Assembly: GCA_038247415.1 (NCBI GenBank)
Contig: JBBRUX010000065.1
Location: 1-16,661, forward strand
Direction of reading: 5' to 3'
DNA: 16,661 nucleotides
DNA from: Chitinivibrionales bacterium
GTDB taxonomy: Bacteria > Fibrobacterota > Chitinivibrionia > Chitinivibrionales > WJKA01
Each line of letters opens with the position of its first letter. The stretch's first letter is position 1. Position numbers and translations under genes: made by a program. The notes below the pieces were generated by a model. The model worked only from the letters and a program-made list of their open reading frames with translations. It did no database searches and had not been told where the DNA came from. This document shows positions 16,529 through 16,661 of the stretch, in pieces.

Positions 16529-16643
16529 CAGGACTGAAGTGTGATGGATGAACAGCGTGAATCCATCAGTCTGCAAAGACCCAGGTGCAAAGCACCGCAG
16601 GGCTTGACAGACCGGCTTGCGAAGCAAGAGCACGTAAGAAGGG
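16529..16643 (-). repeat. Structured 115-bp repeat, right (inverted) copy
   Basis: The reverse complement begins CCCTTCTTACG and ends CAGTCCTG, as does the left copy, and has the same internal hairpins. Confidence 0.9.
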
Positions 16644-16661
16644 CCGGTACCGCAGGTAGGC

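Overview
Bacterial window in standard code 11 with two parts. The left ~6.4 kb is a decaying accessory/defence island on the minus strand. It holds an integron-type gene-cassette array with no visible integrase: an attI-like core site at 5683-5689, cassette 1 (117-aa membrane-anchored protein) with a 41-bp internally deleted attC, cassette 2 (PD-(D/E)XK nuclease, frameshifted) with a 59-bp attC, and a further half attC. Downstream lies a pseudogenised SNF2-type helicase + Eco57I/PglX-like adenine methyltransferase operon with at least four lesions, fused at the left edge to an IS3-like transposase fragment. The right ~10 kb is intact housekeeping/regulatory DNA: folD, a bidirectional terminator, a divergent K+-independent membrane pyrophosphatase (hppA) with a structured 5' leader, a secreted hypothetical protein, type I-beta DAHP synthase, mnmA, a LacI regulator, a DUF5683-like membrane protein and a REC-HATPase regulator. 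At the far right is a nested non-coding element: two inverted, ungapped 115-bp copies (86/115 identical by hand count) whose differences include compensatory base-pair changes, flanking a 9-nt-periodic GATT/AATC palindrome. A half copy of that periodic element appears to sit in frame inside the methyltransferase pseudogene. Gene content loosely suggests an FCB-group organism, but this is inference only.
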